Source: an uncultured Gammaproteobacteria bacterium
GTDB lineage: Bacteria; Pseudomonadota; Gammaproteobacteria; UBA9214
DNA length: 64,000 bases
Reading direction: 5' to 3'
NCBI GenBank assembly: GCA_963748215.1
Contig: CAVVHS010000008.1
Span: 288,001-352,000 of the forward strand
Shown: positions 18,186 through 31,064 of the stretch, piece after piece
Numbering within the stretch: position 1 is the first letter of the stretch
Layout of the letters: every line of letters begins with the position of its first letter
Program-made: the position numbers and the translations under genes
The notes under the pieces: generated by a model
What the model was told of the DNA's origin: nothing
Database searches by the model: none
The model's input: only the letters and a program-made list of their open reading frames with translations

Positions 18186-20456
18186 ATGCGAAGCGATGAG
18201 AAACCCAGAAACGGCCTAGCAGGACTCAAACACTGGCGCTATGATCTGGGCGCCGGACTGCAGGTCGCGCTGGTATCCATGCCGCTCTCGCTGGGTATCG
18301 CGGTGGCCTCAGGTGCGCCACCCATCACCGGCATCATCTCCGCCATCATTGCCGGCCTGATCTTTCCATTTCTCGGTGGTGCGTATGTCACCATTAGCGG
18401 CCCTGCGGCTGGCCTTGCGCCGGCACTCCTCGCCGGCATGCTGGTGCTGGGCAATGGCGACCTTGCCGCCGGCTATCCGCTGCTACTGGTCGCCATCTGC
18501 CTCACCGGCGCGGTGCAGATCGTTTTGAGCCTGATCAATGCGGGCCGTTTCGCCATCTTTCTGCCGGTGACCGTGGTGGAGGCGATGCTCGCCGCGATCG
18601 GCATCATGATCATCGTCAAGCAAATCCCGCCCCTGCTCGGTGATCTTGCACCACTGAGCAAGGATATGTTCACCGCCATTCTCAAGCTGCCTGAAAGCAT
18701 GGCACGAATCGAGTGGCCGGTGTTTCTAATTGGTGCCTTCTGCTTGTTCCTGATGTTCTATCTAAACCACACTCGCCTGGCCTGGGCGAAGCGGCTGCCA
18801 CCTGCGCTCGCCGTAGCCGTGATCGGCATCCTGCTCGGTTATGTCTTCAACCTGGACGCCAGGCATCTGATCAGCATGCCTGACGACATTCTCAAAGGCG
18901 GTATAACCCTGCCTGCCTTCGACGATATCTGGCAAAGCCCGGATCTCTGGGGCAGTGTCATCATCGTCGTTATCACGCTAACGCTTATTGACGGCATCGA
19001 ATCGCTGGCTACCATTGCTGCGGTCGACAAGATCGACCCTTTCCAGCGCAAATCGCAGGCCAACACCACTTTGCGCGCGATGGGTGTGTCGAATATGCTG
19101 TCCAGCATCTTCGGAGGCCTGACGATCATCCCCGGCGGTGTCAAGAGCCGCGTCAACATCGATGCCGGTGGCCGTACTCTGTGGGCAAATTTCTATAACG
19201 CTTTCTTTCTGGTCATCTTCCTGTTCCTGGCCAAAGACCTGATCAGCCGTATACCGCTGGCAGCCATCGGCGCCATTCTGGTATATGTCGGTTGGCGGCT
19301 GTGCGAATACCGTGTGTTCCAGAAGACTTACGCCATCGGCCGCGACCAGATCGTAATCTTTGTGATCACCGTTGCCGCGATTCTCGCGACTGATCTTCTA
19401 TTCGGCATCCTCATCGGAATCGCCGCCGAGATCACCATGCTCGCATATCTGCTGAGCCCCTCGTTCCGCACCGTGCTCACCGGGCGGCTCACATACAGTC
19501 AGGCCACTACCTTGGTGTTGCGTAATTTGATTAGTCTGTTCCGCAGCCCTGTCATCAAGGTGAAGCTTGAAGAGCTCAGCGGCCAGCCGCATTACAATAT
19601 TACCCTGGGATCGGTGGTGTGCTTCAACCTGCTGCCACTCGACAGGCTTCTGCAGTCGTTGCCACAGGGCGCGGCGATAACGCTCGCAGCCAGCGAATCC
19701 GGACATCTCATCGATCACACCGCCATGGAGTATCTGCACAACTTTCAGGAAGAGTGTTTGCTCGAAGGCCGGGAATTCCGTCTCACGGGCATGGAGAACT
19801 ATTACCAGTTTACCCTGCACACGTTGTCCGCACGCATGCACGACGCCAAACTGGTGCGGGAAAGGGCGCGCATGTCTGACCGCTCACGGATGCTGGAAGG
19901 AATCTCTGCCCACCACGGCCTTGATTTTCACGATGAGGTCGTCGGCACCTTGAACCTGCACGATTTTGTCTATCTGCGCCGTGGTGACATGCGTCAGGAA
20001 TGCAATGTCATGACCGGCCTGTATGCCAGCTGTCATGTGAAGCTGTTCGATTACAGCCATACCGCCGCGCCAGATTATTACGCCGAGCATCGGCATACGC
20101 TCATTATCGTAAGGCCGCAAGACGAACTGGTGGAGATGCCTGATCTGGTGGTCACGCCGGGTCATTATCTGCAGCGCTATCTGGTTGAGTTCGAAGAGAT
20201 CGACACACCAGCGCTCACCGCCGCCAGTCACGAACACCGCTGGTACCGGCGCCCGCAGGGTATCGACCCGGAAGGTTTGATCAAGAAGCTGCTGATACTG
20301 CTGGAGAACTATCCAGGCATCTACATCGAGATTCGCGACAATGCACTGCTTGCCTTTCATCCCGGCCGCGAACTGGAGAGCGAGGACGGCATCGCAAGCC
20401 TGCTTGGCATCGCCAAACTGCTATTTGCGACTCGCGACGGCGTTGTACCGACCTAG
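18186..20456 (+). CDS. SulP/SLC26 anion transporter with STAS and extra C-terminal domain
   Basis: DLGAGLQVALVSMPLSLGIAVASG, TISGPAAGL, IPLAAIGAIL, LIDHTAMEYL; start placed at ATG 18186 (ORF track 18144). Confidence 0.9.
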   Translation: MRSDEKPRNGLAGLKHWRYDLGAGLQVALVSMPLSLGIAVASGAPPITGIISAIIAGLIFPFLGGAYVTISGPAAGLAPALLAGMLVLGNGDLAAGYPLLLVAICLTGAVQIVLSLINAGRFAIFLPVTVVEAMLAAIGIMIIVKQIPPLLGDLAPLSKDMFTAILKLPESMARIEWPVFLIGAFCLFLMFYLNHTRLAWAKRLPPALAVAVIGILLGYVFNLDARHLISMPDDILKGGITLPAFDDIWQSPDLWGSVIIVVITLTLIDGIESLATIAAVDKIDPFQRKSQANTTLRAMGVSNMLSSIFGGLTIIPGGVKSRVNIDAGGRTLWANFYNAFFLVIFLFLAKDLISRIPLAAIGAILVYVGWRLCEYRVFQKTYAIGRDQIVIFVITVAAILATDLLFGILIGIAAEITMLAYLLSPSFRTVLTGRLTYSQATTLVLRNLISLFRSPVIKVKLEELSGQPHYNITLGSVVCFNLLPLDRLLQSLPQGAAITLAASESGHLIDHTAMEYLHNFQEECLLEGREFRLTGMENYYQFTLHTLSARMHDAKLVRERARMSDRSRMLEGISAHHGLDFHDEVVGTLNLHDFVYLRRGDMRQECNVMTGLYASCHVKLFDYSHTAAPDYYAEHRHTLIIVRPQDELVEMPDLVVTPGHYLQRYLVEFEEIDTPALTAASHEHRWYRRPQGIDPEGLIKKLLILLENYPGIYIEIRDNALLAFHPGRELESEDGIASLLGIAKLLFATRDGVVPT

Positions 20457-21214
20457 GCGTATGCGAATCGACGGCAGTGCGAGCGAGGATATGCAGAGTT
20501 ACAGCGTCAAACCAGCGTATGACAGAGGAAACTGCTCGCGGAGACGCGCAACATTATCACTGACGACATGATTGCGTATGACGGAAATACGCGATGCGTG
20601 CTGACCGGCGCGCGTGCAGAGACCCGGGCAATCGTCAGGACACCGATTTTTCTTCGATTCTCGACCGAATGCATGGCGCCTGAACGTCCTTGCTTCGGAT
20701 CACGCCAGTCAATGTCGGGCGGCCTGCCACCGGCCAGCATCACTGTCACTTTACGCGCAAGCTCCGGATATTTGTTTCGATTCCGCGCAACGCTTCACTG
20801 ATGGGCTCATGCAGATCGATCAACATCGACAGCAAGAGATCACGCACCATGCACGCGCAGTAGATTCATAATAAGCGCCCGTTTCCGCCCTCACGAGGCG
20901 TGGATGGATTCCAGGCGGTACGCTGCAGCCGACCCATTGCACATCCTCATTTTTGCGCAAGACAGGCAGGCAGCAGATGAGCGTCACACATTCAGTACAC
21001 GGCCAATTGACGAATGCAGGCCCGAGAGGTCGTTGGCGAACGGATAGTCCGGATGATTCCGGCTGGTACTGGCTTTCAGACAGCGCAACCAAGCACGACA
21101 CATAGCGAGGAGGAAGTACTCGTGCATGGCCATGCCAGGAATCTTGAGACAATGTCATCCGCACCCGGGGACAGGTGTCGCCAAAGATGGAACCAACTGT
21201 TCTCTGTGCACGGT

Positions 21215-22587
<1,373 letters not shown>

Positions 22588-22591
<4 letters not shown>

Positions 22592-24066
22592 GCTTCCTCA
22601 TGTTCGCGTACCGGCACTTCCTGCAATGGAAGCCAGATCGTGAATCGGGCGCCACCTTCGGGCCGGTTGTCAACCGCGATACAGCCCTGGTGTTCATTGA
22701 TGATCTCTTCCACCAGATACAGGCCCAGTCCAGTGCCTTCGCCGCCGGACTGGGTGGTGAAGAATGGATCGAAAAGTTTCGGCAGGTTGTCCGGCGGGAT
22801 GCCGGGGCCGTCGTCGTCGACCTGCATCAGCAGGATATGCGTGAACTGGGCGATGCCTGTAGTGTCACCGGCAAGATGGTTGGTATTGACCGGCTTCGAT
22901 TCCTTCCAGGTGGTCTCCCTGCCGGTGATCCAGACATTTTTCGCGCCGGCATGCGCGGAATTCCTTATCAGGTTGATGATCACCTGCTGCATGCGGTCGC
23001 GGTCCACCATCAGCATACTCTCGGAGATATCCTCGATGTGCAGGAAGATGTCATGCGGCAGCAGGCGGTGAATCAGCAGCACCGCCGACCGCACCAGGCT
23101 CGCGGCCCCCAGCAGCTGCATGTCGTGCGTGGGCTGGCGCACGGTATCGAGCAGGCGCCGGACGATGCGGCGCGCGCGTTCCGTCTCGCCGTCAATGTGC
23201 GACAGCCACTGCTTGCACAGGTTCTCGCGCGCGCGGCCGTCTTCCTCCAGCAATAACTGCACCGATGTGGATATGTTCGACAGCGGGTTATTCAGCTCAT
23301 GGGCCACGCCGGACACCAGCACGCCAAGCGCGGCGGCCCGCTCGTGGCGACGCAGCAGGTTCTGCTGGTTGCGCAGCTGTTCGAGCATGCTATTGAAGTG
23401 AAACACGAAGGAGGCGATTTCCTTGTCGCTGGACGGCAGTGCCAGTGTCTGCACCCGGCCTTCGGCAAGCTGGTCGAGCTGGTTTTCGAGCTGGGCCAGC
23501 GGTCGCACGACACGCCGTACCATGAACATGGCACTGATCAGCCCGATCATGATCACGGTGACGGAGGCAACCATCAGCGTCCGCGCCGCCACTCGCGTGG
23601 TATCGGTGAGGATGTCGCGCTGGCGCTGATTGAGACCCTGGGTCAGCAGCGAGAGCTGGTGCCCTGTGGCGCGGATATTTTCCTGGCTGGCGGTACGCTC
23701 AGCCCTGGATAGCAAGTTATAGGCCTCAAGCTGATCGCTGTATTTCTGCAGCGCCGAGCCTATCCGGCGCAGTTCCTCCTGTCCGGCAATGACCGCGAAG
23801 GCGCGCTCGCCGGTGGCCAGGGCGTTCTTTGCGACATCCAGCTGCATCTTGAGCTGGTTCAGGTGGTGCGGGTCCTGGTAGAGAAACAGGTTCTTCTCGA
23901 CGCGGCGAATCTCCTGGGTGGCCAAGTACAGGTCGCTGACCGCCACGCCCTCTGTGATGTGAGTCTGCAGGTAGTGCAGGTCGGCAATGACCACGGCGAC
24001 GAAAATCACCAAGGCAGCCTTAGAGAGCCCGTAGGAGGCCAGGATTTTGCTGCGCAGGCTGGTCAT
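22588..24066 (-). CDS. HAMP sensor histidine kinase
   Basis: 2 TM, GVAHELNNPL, NLIRNS, DDGPGI, FDPFFTT, GTGLGL; overlaps the regulator by 4 nt. Confidence 0.95.
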
Positions 24067-24098
24067 GGCAGGGTGACCCTCCCCGGCTGGTTTCAAGG

Positions 24099-24236
24099 TG
24101 TTGCATATTACAACACCGTTGCAGTGATGCGATACGGCTTTTGGTGCTGGTGTTACATTCTGAAACAGCCGGCCGCAATGGTTAAAGTTTAACTACATGA
24201 ATTCATTATATTTATAAAGTTGGCACGCTACCTGCA
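24099..24236 (+). promoter_or_regulatory. sigma54 promoter with two upstream activator palindromes
   Basis: TGGCACGCTACCTGCA (GG-N10-GC) at 24221-24236; TGTTGCATATTACAACA (24099) and TGTTACATTCTGAAACA (24151); AT-rich spacer. Confidence 0.8.
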
Positions 24237-24269
24237 TTGTATCCAGCATTCTTGATTGAGGAGCCGACG

Positions 24270-24866
24270 ATGAAAAAACTGACCGAAAACCTGAAACAGA
24301 TGCTGGATGCCCTGGCCCATGCACACGCCGGTGAATACCTGACCCAGCGCGAGAAAACGCGGATCCTGGCACAGACGTCTGGCGAAATCGCACAAGTGCC
24401 GGCAGTAGCCGAACCGGTCGCGAAGCGCAAGGGCAGCACCGCGCGTCGCATTGCGCTCTACCTGGGCAACGAGCTGCCGCCGGAGGTCATGGACTATGTC
24501 ATCCAGACCTGCGCCCGCGTACAGCACGAACTGACGGTATTGACCTTCGAAACCGAGAACTGCGCGCGCGCCCTGCTCGAGCCGCACCGGAAAGCCCTCG
24601 AGGCCGCCGGCGTCGACATGAAGCTCGAGGTACTCAGCAGCGAACAGCCCATCGCCGGCCTGAAACGCTACCTGCGCAGCCATCCGGAAGTTGCCTTCCT
24701 GGCCTGCAAGGACACCGGCTACCTGGGTCGCAGCTACCTGAGTGGTACCAGGGATCAGAACTCGCTACCGGTTCCGGTCGTGGTGGTGACGACGCAGGCC
24801 CAGGCCAACCACGAGGCGGTTCACCCCGCCACCGATCAGAACCGTTCCAGCAGCGTCGTCGCCTGA
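24270..24866 (+). CDS. hypothetical protein (possibly USP-like fold)
   Basis: RBS GAGGAG before ATG 24270; ends LPVPVVVV. Confidence 0.75.
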   Translation: MKKLTENLKQMLDALAHAHAGEYLTQREKTRILAQTSGEIAQVPAVAEPVAKRKGSTARRIALYLGNELPPEVMDYVIQTCARVQHELTVLTFETENCARALLEPHRKALEAAGVDMKLEVLSSEQPIAGLKRYLRSHPEVAFLACKDTGYLGRSYLSGTRDQNSLPVPVVVVTTQAQANHEAVHPATDQNRSSSVVA

Positions 24867-24975
24867 CCCCCCAGAACAGATCCCCGTACAGATCTGTTCG
24901 CAACGAGGCCGGCACAGCGGCAGTAAGCTGCTGCTTGCCGGCCTTTTCGGGTGTTAATTTGTTTATAATGCAGGT

Positions 24976-27042
24976 GTGTTAACAAAAGTCTTTCCTTTCC
25001 TCAGATGGTTCCCACCCAGCGCTGAAAACCTGCGCGCGGACCTCATCGCCGGCATCACGATTGCGATGATCCTCGTTCCGCAGAGTATGGCCTATGCATC
25101 GCTGGCGGGCCTGCCCGTGGTGTACGGTCTGTACGCCTCGTTTCTGCCGGTGATCGTGGCCTCCCTGTGGGGCGCCTCGCGCTTCCTGCACACAGGTCCG
25201 GTGGCGATGCTGTCGCTGATGTCTGCGGCGGCAATCGAGCCGCTGGCCAGCCGCGGCAGCGATGAGTTTATCCAGTTATCCCTGCTATTGGCGCTGCTGG
25301 TCGGTGTACTGCGCCTGGCTTTGGGCCTGTTCCGAATGGGCGTACTGATCAACCTGGCCTCGCACCCTGTCATTCTGGGTTTTACCAACGCCGCGGCGCT
25401 GATTATCGGCCTGTCGCTGCTGAACAGTTTCCTGGGTGTGCCGATGCCGCGTTCGGATATTTTTCTCGCTGACCTGTGGCAGGTGGTAGCTCAGTTCCCG
25501 CTGCTGCACGCCCCGACGCTGCTGTTCGGCCTGGGCACGTTGGCGGTATTGCATATGTTGCGGGCGCGCTTCCCCAAGCTGCCCGGGGTGTTGATCGTGG
25601 TGGTCGCCGCCACCCTGATCAGCTCTGCCCTGGACTTCGAGAAAGTCGTGACCATTGCACCGCAGCAGGTCACCGACGCATCGGTACGCGCCAAGTTTGA
25701 AAAACTGATGGGCGAGGAGGCGCGGCTGAAGGCGGTCAAAACCGAACAGAAAGCCATCAACGACCAGCTCGCACAGCTCGGCGCCACTGACCGCAAGGCC
25801 TACACCCTGCAGGCGAATATACTGCGCCTCAAGGGTGAGGAAAGCAGTCTCAAGCACAGCCTCTATCGTGAGCGGGTCGAGACCTTCAGCATCGCGCTGG
25901 TGCCGAAGTTACTGGGTAACGGACAGGCAAGTTATGTGGTGGCTGAAGACATCAGCCCCTTCACCACCGTGTGGCGCTGGTCTGGTTACACCGGCGACCA
26001 GTTTAAACTGTCAGGCGGCGGCGCCGTGGTCGGCACCATCCCCAGTGGTCTGCCCGGTTTCAGTGTGCCAATCCTGGATCTTGGTATCATCACCACCCTG
26101 TTACCGGTGGCGTTCATCATGGCCATGATCGGCTTCATGGAGGCGACGTCGATCTCCCGTGCGCTGGCGGCGAAGACCCGCGAAAAACTCGACCCCAATC
26201 AGGAACTGATCGGACAGGGTCTGGCCAATATCGTGGGCAGTTTCTTCCAGTCGTATGTCGTGAGCGGCTCCTTCTCGCGTTCGGCGGTAGCCGCGCGGGT
26301 CGGTGCGAGGACAGGTTTCTACGCGGTCGTGAGCGCTCTTGGCGTCCTGCTGGTGATATTGTTCTTCACAGATTACCTGTACCACCTGCCCAAGGCCGTG
26401 CTCGCTGCCATCGTCATGAGCGCGGTGTTCGGGCTGATCGATTTCAAGTCGATGGTACACGCCTGGAAAGTGCGCCGCGTGGACGGCATTGTTGGCGTAA
26501 CCACCTTTATCACAACCCTTATTCTGGCGCCCAAGCTGGCAGACGGGGTTTTGGTCGGCGTAGCGTTCACCATCCTGCTCTTCCTCGCCGGCACCATGAA
26601 GCCGCGCAGCGAGGTACTCGGACGCCGCGCCGACGGCTCGTTGGCCGGCGCGGCCACGCACGACCTGGCACCGATCAGCGAAAACTACGTGGTAATGCGC
26701 TTCGACGCCTCGCTGGTCTTCATCAATGCTGCGCATTTCGAGCAAGCGGTGCTGAAGTCGCTGAGCGAGTTCCCGCGCGCCCGCGCCATCCTGATCATCG
26801 GCCAGGGCATCAACCGGATCGATGCCACCGGCGAGGAGAAACTCCGTGCGCTCACGCGCGACCTGCAGGCTGCGGGTGTCACGCTCTTACTTTCAGGGCT
26901 GAAGAAGCCGGTCATCGAGGCGCTGGAGCGCGCCAATCTCGAAGCGGTGATAGGCAAGGAGAACATCATCAGCAACAAGGAGGCCGCACTGCGTGTGCTT
27001 GCGCAGCGCTACCCGGAAGACGAGGTCAAGCAGGTAGCCTGA
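24976..27042 (+). CDS. SulP/SLC26 transporter with STAS and a coiled-coil insertion
   Basis: DLIAGITIAMILVPQSMAYASLAGLP, TGPVA, NQELIGQG, SFSRSA, STAS. Confidence 0.95.
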   Translation: MLTKVFPFLRWFPPSAENLRADLIAGITIAMILVPQSMAYASLAGLPVVYGLYASFLPVIVASLWGASRFLHTGPVAMLSLMSAAAIEPLASRGSDEFIQLSLLLALLVGVLRLALGLFRMGVLINLASHPVILGFTNAAALIIGLSLLNSFLGVPMPRSDIFLADLWQVVAQFPLLHAPTLLFGLGTLAVLHMLRARFPKLPGVLIVVVAATLISSALDFEKVVTIAPQQVTDASVRAKFEKLMGEEARLKAVKTEQKAINDQLAQLGATDRKAYTLQANILRLKGEESSLKHSLYRERVETFSIALVPKLLGNGQASYVVAEDISPFTTVWRWSGYTGDQFKLSGGGAVVGTIPSGLPGFSVPILDLGIITTLLPVAFIMAMIGFMEATSISRALAAKTREKLDPNQELIGQGLANIVGSFFQSYVVSGSFSRSAVAARVGARTGFYAVVSALGVLLVILFFTDYLYHLPKAVLAAIVMSAVFGLIDFKSMVHAWKVRRVDGIVGVTTFITTLILAPKLADGVLVGVAFTILLFLAGTMKPRSEVLGRRADGSLAGAATHDLAPISENYVVMRFDASLVFINAAHFEQAVLKSLSEFPRARAILIIGQGINRIDATGEEKLRALTRDLQAAGVTLLLSGLKKPVIEALERANLEAVIGKENIISNKEAALRVLAQRYPEDEVKQVA

Positions 27043-27448
27043 GGTAAGGGGCGGCACCCGCGTTCAGAAAACAGGCAAGACGATTGCTTCTTCATCATCC
27101 CGTGTCGTGGATGCCCGTTTCTGCTGTACCTCATGGTTTCCGGGAACGTCCGGAGCCGGCCGCCGGTTCAGGTGATCGACGCAATACAGGCGTGAAACAT
27201 TCCACCGGTATTTGTAGCCCCGTCAGCTGCGGGGCAACCGCGTCTTGCTCAGCCCCGAGGTGGTACCGACGTATCCTAGCGGTCGTGAAGGGACTGCCGT
27301 GTCAATCCAATCCCGTCCTGCGAACGTGAGTGTCAGGCAGAGGATCGGCGCCGGGAAGCGCAAAAGAGAGACGACCACCTGGCCAGTGCTACAGACCCAG
27401 CACGGGGGATGCCAACTTCGAGCGAAAATTATGTCTTATTGATTAACA

Positions 27449-27509
27449 TGGAGCCGGGGAGAGAAATCGAATATCCGACATCCCTTACGAGTGAAGCGCT
27501 CTGGCCCGC
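27449..27509 (-). pseudogene. decayed tRNA-Thr copy
   Basis: TGGAGCCGGGGAGAGAAATCGAATATCCGACATCCCTTACGAGTGAAGCGCTCT aligns with 14254-14309; D-arm lost; the flank towards SPOR is also homologous. Confidence 0.75.
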
Positions 27510-27576
27510 ATCCTGGCCAGTGGCCAAGGGTTGGTTTTCCATTGAAAGGCCGTGGAATCTGCAATTCGGGCGCCGG

Positions 27577-28242
27577 TCACAGGCAGGCGAGCGTAAGCAG
27601 CTGCTGGTCCGGGTTCGCGCCCAGCACGTCTTCCAGTACCGGTGTTGCCGTACCCCGATCCTGGAACTCCAGCCAGTAGGCATATTGCGTAACGTAACGC
27701 GGCTCGAGGATCGCATCAAGACCCAGCTCGCGCACCTGTCGCAACCGGATTTCGGCGCGCGATATTTCCTTGAATGTACCGAGCGAGATGAAATTGTCCC
27801 TGCCTATGTAGTACTCGCGATCCTTGCGCGCCTCCAGTTGCTGTGCGATCTCCAGGACCCTGGCACGCTCCATCGCCGGGAGATACACCCAGTAGCTGTT
27901 CATCTTCCGGTCCTCGGCGATAAGTTGTCGAGGTTCCAGCCCGAGTTCGTCCAGCCTGGTCGCAACCTTATGCAGTTGCTCCTCGAGGTAGAAAGGCCCC
28001 AGTGTCTGGCATGCCGGTATGCCGGCGCCCGGCGGCTGTGTCATGGTCAGCGCATCCAGGGCCCTGCCCGCCTCCCCTTCCGGCACCGTCGCAGATTGCT
28101 GCTGCATTTCCTGCAGCGTGACGAGGCGACTGGCGGATGGCGGCAATTCGCGTTGCGTCTCGATGGCCCGCCCGTCGCAGTAGAGGTTCCAGCCGAAATA
28201 GACCAGGTTGGCGATGAGCAGCAGGTAAACGAGGTGGCGCAT
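27577..28242 (-). CDS. SPOR-domain protein, copy 2
   Basis: Paralog of 14390-15061. Confidence 0.87.
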   Translation of the reverse strand: MRHLVYLLLIANLVYFGWNLYCDGRAIETQRELPPSASRLVTLQEMQQQSATVPEGEAGRALDALTMTQPPGAGIPACQTLGPFYLEEQLHKVATRLDELGLEPRQLIAEDRKMNSYWVYLPAMERARVLEIAQQLEARKDREYYIGRDNFISLGTFKEISRAEIRLRQVRELGLDAILEPRYVTQYAYWLEFQDRGTATPVLEDVLGANPDQQLLTLACL

Positions 28243-28985
28243 CAGGCTTCTCCGGCGAGTATGGCGATCCCCTTGAGAACCAAGTCTGCATCATGCCTGA
28301 TATCAAGGCCAAGCAGTGGCAACAGCACCGGCGCATCACCGCCGGTGAGCACGACAACGGGCCGCAGCCCCGTATCCGCCGCCATGTCGGCCACGAGACG
28401 CTCGATGGCCGCAGCCGCAGCGAACAGGCTGCCGCTGTTGATGGCATCGGCCGTGGTGGTCGCCAGCAGCACGGGGGGCGAGGCCTCGCGCTGCAGCGGC
28501 AGGTCGGCGGTCTGTGCCGCCAGTGCCTGGCGCATCATAGCTACGCCGGCCAGGATCTGGCCACCGCGATGCCGGCCGTTCGCGTCGACCAGGTCCAGGG
28601 TGATCGCGGTGCCGCAATCGACCACGCAGACGGCGTCGGCAACGGAATGCCAGGCCGCAATCATCGCCGCCCAGCGGTCAGCGCCGAGCTGTACGGGACG
28701 TTCGTAGGCACAGGTCAAGCCGGCCGCCTGCCGGCTGGCACGGATGAACTGCGGACGTAGCCGCCAGGTTCGCACGGTCCAGTCGGCCAGGCGTTCCGCC
28801 TGCACGGTGCCGGCGACACTCGACACGAGGATGCGTTCCGGTGCGGCCATGTCGCCCCAGGCCTGCTCCAGCAACGGCACCAGATCATGACCACGATGCA
28901 CGAACCGGCCCGGCGATCCGGTTTCATGTCCACCGGCCAGTGCCCACTTGAGTGATGTGTTGCCGATATCCACCAGCAGGTTCAT
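28242..28985 (-). CDS. coaX: type III pantothenate kinase
   Basis: MNLLVDIGNTSLKW, LGADRW, VVDCGTAITLD, LTGGDA. Confidence 0.95.
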   Translation of the reverse strand: MNLLVDIGNTSLKWALAGGHETGSPGRFVHRGHDLVPLLEQAWGDMAAPERILVSSVAGTVQAERLADWTVRTWRLRPQFIRASRQAAGLTCAYERPVQLGADRWAAMIAAWHSVADAVCVVDCGTAITLDLVDANGRHRGGQILAGVAMMRQALAAQTADLPLQREASPPVLLATTTADAINSGSLFAAAAAIERLVADMAADTGLRPVVVLTGGDAPVLLPLLGLDIRHDADLVLKGIAILAGEA

Positions 28986-29962
28986 GGTGTCATCCGCACG
29001 CTGACCTCGCCGGATGTGAATCGTCTGCAACCGGTATCCGTATCGACCAGCAGGGCACCCCCCGCATCGATTCCGCGGGCCGTTCCGCGCACGGTCGAAT
29101 CATGCAGGCGCAGGTCGACCTGGCGCCCGCTGACGAGGTCGTGCCGCTGCCAGTCCGTCATGAAAGGCTGCAGGCCGCCCGTCTCGAACGTCTGCAGCGC
29201 GGGCAGCAGGGTGTCGAGCAGGCCGGCGGCCAGCAGGTTGCGCGAGATGTCCAGCCGGCCCGTCAGGCTGTACAGGTCGGTCCAGGCCTGGTCGATCGTC
29301 TGCGCCGTGGCCTGGCGCATCGCGACATTGATACCGACCCCGATGACCACGGCACAGGGGCCCGCCGACTCGCCCACCACGTCGATGAGGATGCCGGCCA
29401 GCTTGGCGTCCCCGGCCAGTATGTCGTTGGGCCATTTCAGCCCGGCGTCGCTCACGCCAAACGCCTGCAGGCAGCGCAGTACGGCGATACCGGCCACCAG
29501 GCTCAGGCCGCCGAGTGCCGCGGCACCCTGCGGTGAACGCCACAGCAGCGACAGATAAAGATTGGCGGCGAACGGTGACACCCAGCGTTTCCCGCGGCGG
29601 CCGCGGCCGCGGTGCTGCAGCTCGGCGAGGCATACCGACCCCGAACGGGCACCGTCCAGGGCCTGCCCGCGCAGGCGCGTGTTGGTCGAATCGGTTTCCA
29701 GCAACACCTCGACGGGCCCGAGCAGGGCCCGCGACGCCGCGCTCGCATATGACAGAATCCTGTCACGGTCCAGCAGTTCACAGGACACTGGCAGGCGGTA
29801 ACCCCTGCCGCGCACGGCTTCGATTTCGATACCCGCGTCGCGCAGGGCCTTGAGATGTTTCCATACCGCCATGCGGCTGATACCGAGCGCAGTGCCCAGG
29901 GCTTCTCCCGAATGAGCCCGACCGTCCGCGAGACGGGCCAGTAACTTGCCGCGCAACTGCAT
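28982..29962 (-). CDS. birA: biotin protein ligase / repressor
   Basis: HSGEALG HTH, DSTN, GRGRRGKRW, KWPND, KLAGIL. Confidence 0.96.
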   Translation of the reverse strand: MQLRGKLLARLADGRAHSGEALGTALGISRMAVWKHLKALRDAGIEIEAVRGRGYRLPVSCELLDRDRILSYASAASRALLGPVEVLLETDSTNTRLRGQALDGARSGSVCLAELQHRGRGRRGKRWVSPFAANLYLSLLWRSPQGAAALGGLSLVAGIAVLRCLQAFGVSDAGLKWPNDILAGDAKLAGILIDVVGESAGPCAVVIGVGINVAMRQATAQTIDQAWTDLYSLTGRLDISRNLLAAGLLDTLLPALQTFETGGLQPFMTDWQRHDLVSGRQVDLRLHDSTVRGTARGIDAGGALLVDTDTGCRRFTSGEVSVRMTP

Positions 29963-30381
29963 GGCGGAAGATTAGCATATTCATTGTACGCGGAATATTC
30001 GCCGCACCCTGCCCGCGAGGACACACCGGAGCGGGACGATCCGCGCATGCCGTCACGGCACCGGATGACGGCCCGACGCCGCACTGCCGGGCCGCGAATC
30101 CGGAGCGGCATGCTCGCAGCCGGCCGGCGTTGCATCCGGATCGGAATCCGTGCAGCCGTACTGATAACGGCTGGCGCCGACAGTGCTGCCGTCAGCCGAA
30201 ACCCCTTCCGTGTCGGCGGCCTAGGGAGACGCTCCCGGCGCCGACCCGGACATCGCGCAGCCGCACGCTGGTACGGGTACTAGGAAGAAAGTACTAATGA
30301 CATCGCCAACGGGAGCATTTATCTTGATATCTGCTGCGTTCGAGCCGGACAGTTCTTTTCAAAACTCCTGTCTACAACTCT

Positions 30382-30408
30382 CGGTGGCCTGCCTCGGCCA
30401 CCTTTTTT
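30382..30408 (+). terminator. intrinsic terminator hairpin
   Basis: GGTGGCC-TGCCTC-GGCCACC-TTTTTT. Confidence 0.75.
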
Positions 30409-30440
30409 GCCCGCATCCGGGCCAGTGCGTATCCGGCCGT

Positions 30441-31064
30441 TCAGGCGCAGTTCACCCCCGTGCCCCCAAGGCCGCAATAACCGCGCGGATTTTTCGCCAG
30501 GTATTGCTGGTGATAATCCTCCGCGTAGTAGAACTCGGGAGCCTCGAGGATCTCGGTGGTGATCTGCCCGAAGCCACCGTCCGTCAGCCGCGCCTGATAG
30601 GATTCGCGTGACGCCAGCGCGGCGGTCGTCTGGTCGCCATCGTACACGTAGATGGCGGAACGGTACTGCGTGCCGATATCGTTGCCCTGGCGCATGCCCG
30701 TGGTGGGGTCGTGCGCTTCCCAGAAGACCTTGAGCAGGGCGTCGTACGTCACCTGCGTCGGGTCGAAGGCGACCAGCACCACCTCGGCGTGCCCTGTGAG
30801 GCCGGAACAGACCTCCTCGTAGGTGGGATTCACGGTATAGCCGCCGGCATAACCCACGGCCGTGCTGTATACGCCCGGAACCTGCCAGAATCCGCGCTCC
30901 GCGCCCCAGAAGCAGCCCAGACCGAACAGCGCCGTCTGCATGCCCTCCGGAAACGGAGGCTTGAGCGGGTGCCCGTTCACGGCGTGCCGTTCCGGCACCG
31001 TGATGGCGGATTCGCGCCCGGGCAGGGCCTCGTCGGGTGTCGGCATCCTCGTCATGCCTGCCAT
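30441..31064 (-). CDS. msrA: peptide-methionine (S)-S-oxide reductase
   Basis: [36 protein letters not shown]. Confidence 0.97.
   Translation of the reverse strand: MAGMTRMPTPDEALPGRESAITVPERHAVNGHPLKPPFPEGMQTALFGLGCFWGAERGFWQVPGVYSTAVGYAGGYTVNPTYEEVCSGLTGHAEVVLVAFDPTQVTYDALLKVFWEAHDPTTGMRQGNDIGTQYRSAIYVYDGDQTTAALASRESYQARLTDGGFGQITTEILEAPEFYYAEDYHQQYLAKNPRGYCGLGGTGVNCA

Noticed and set aside
20460-21210. Short ORFs between SulP and the response regulator
   Set aside because: No family signature or RBS support
27409-28707. 432-aa plus-strand ORF
   Set aside because: Antisense to SPOR and coaX
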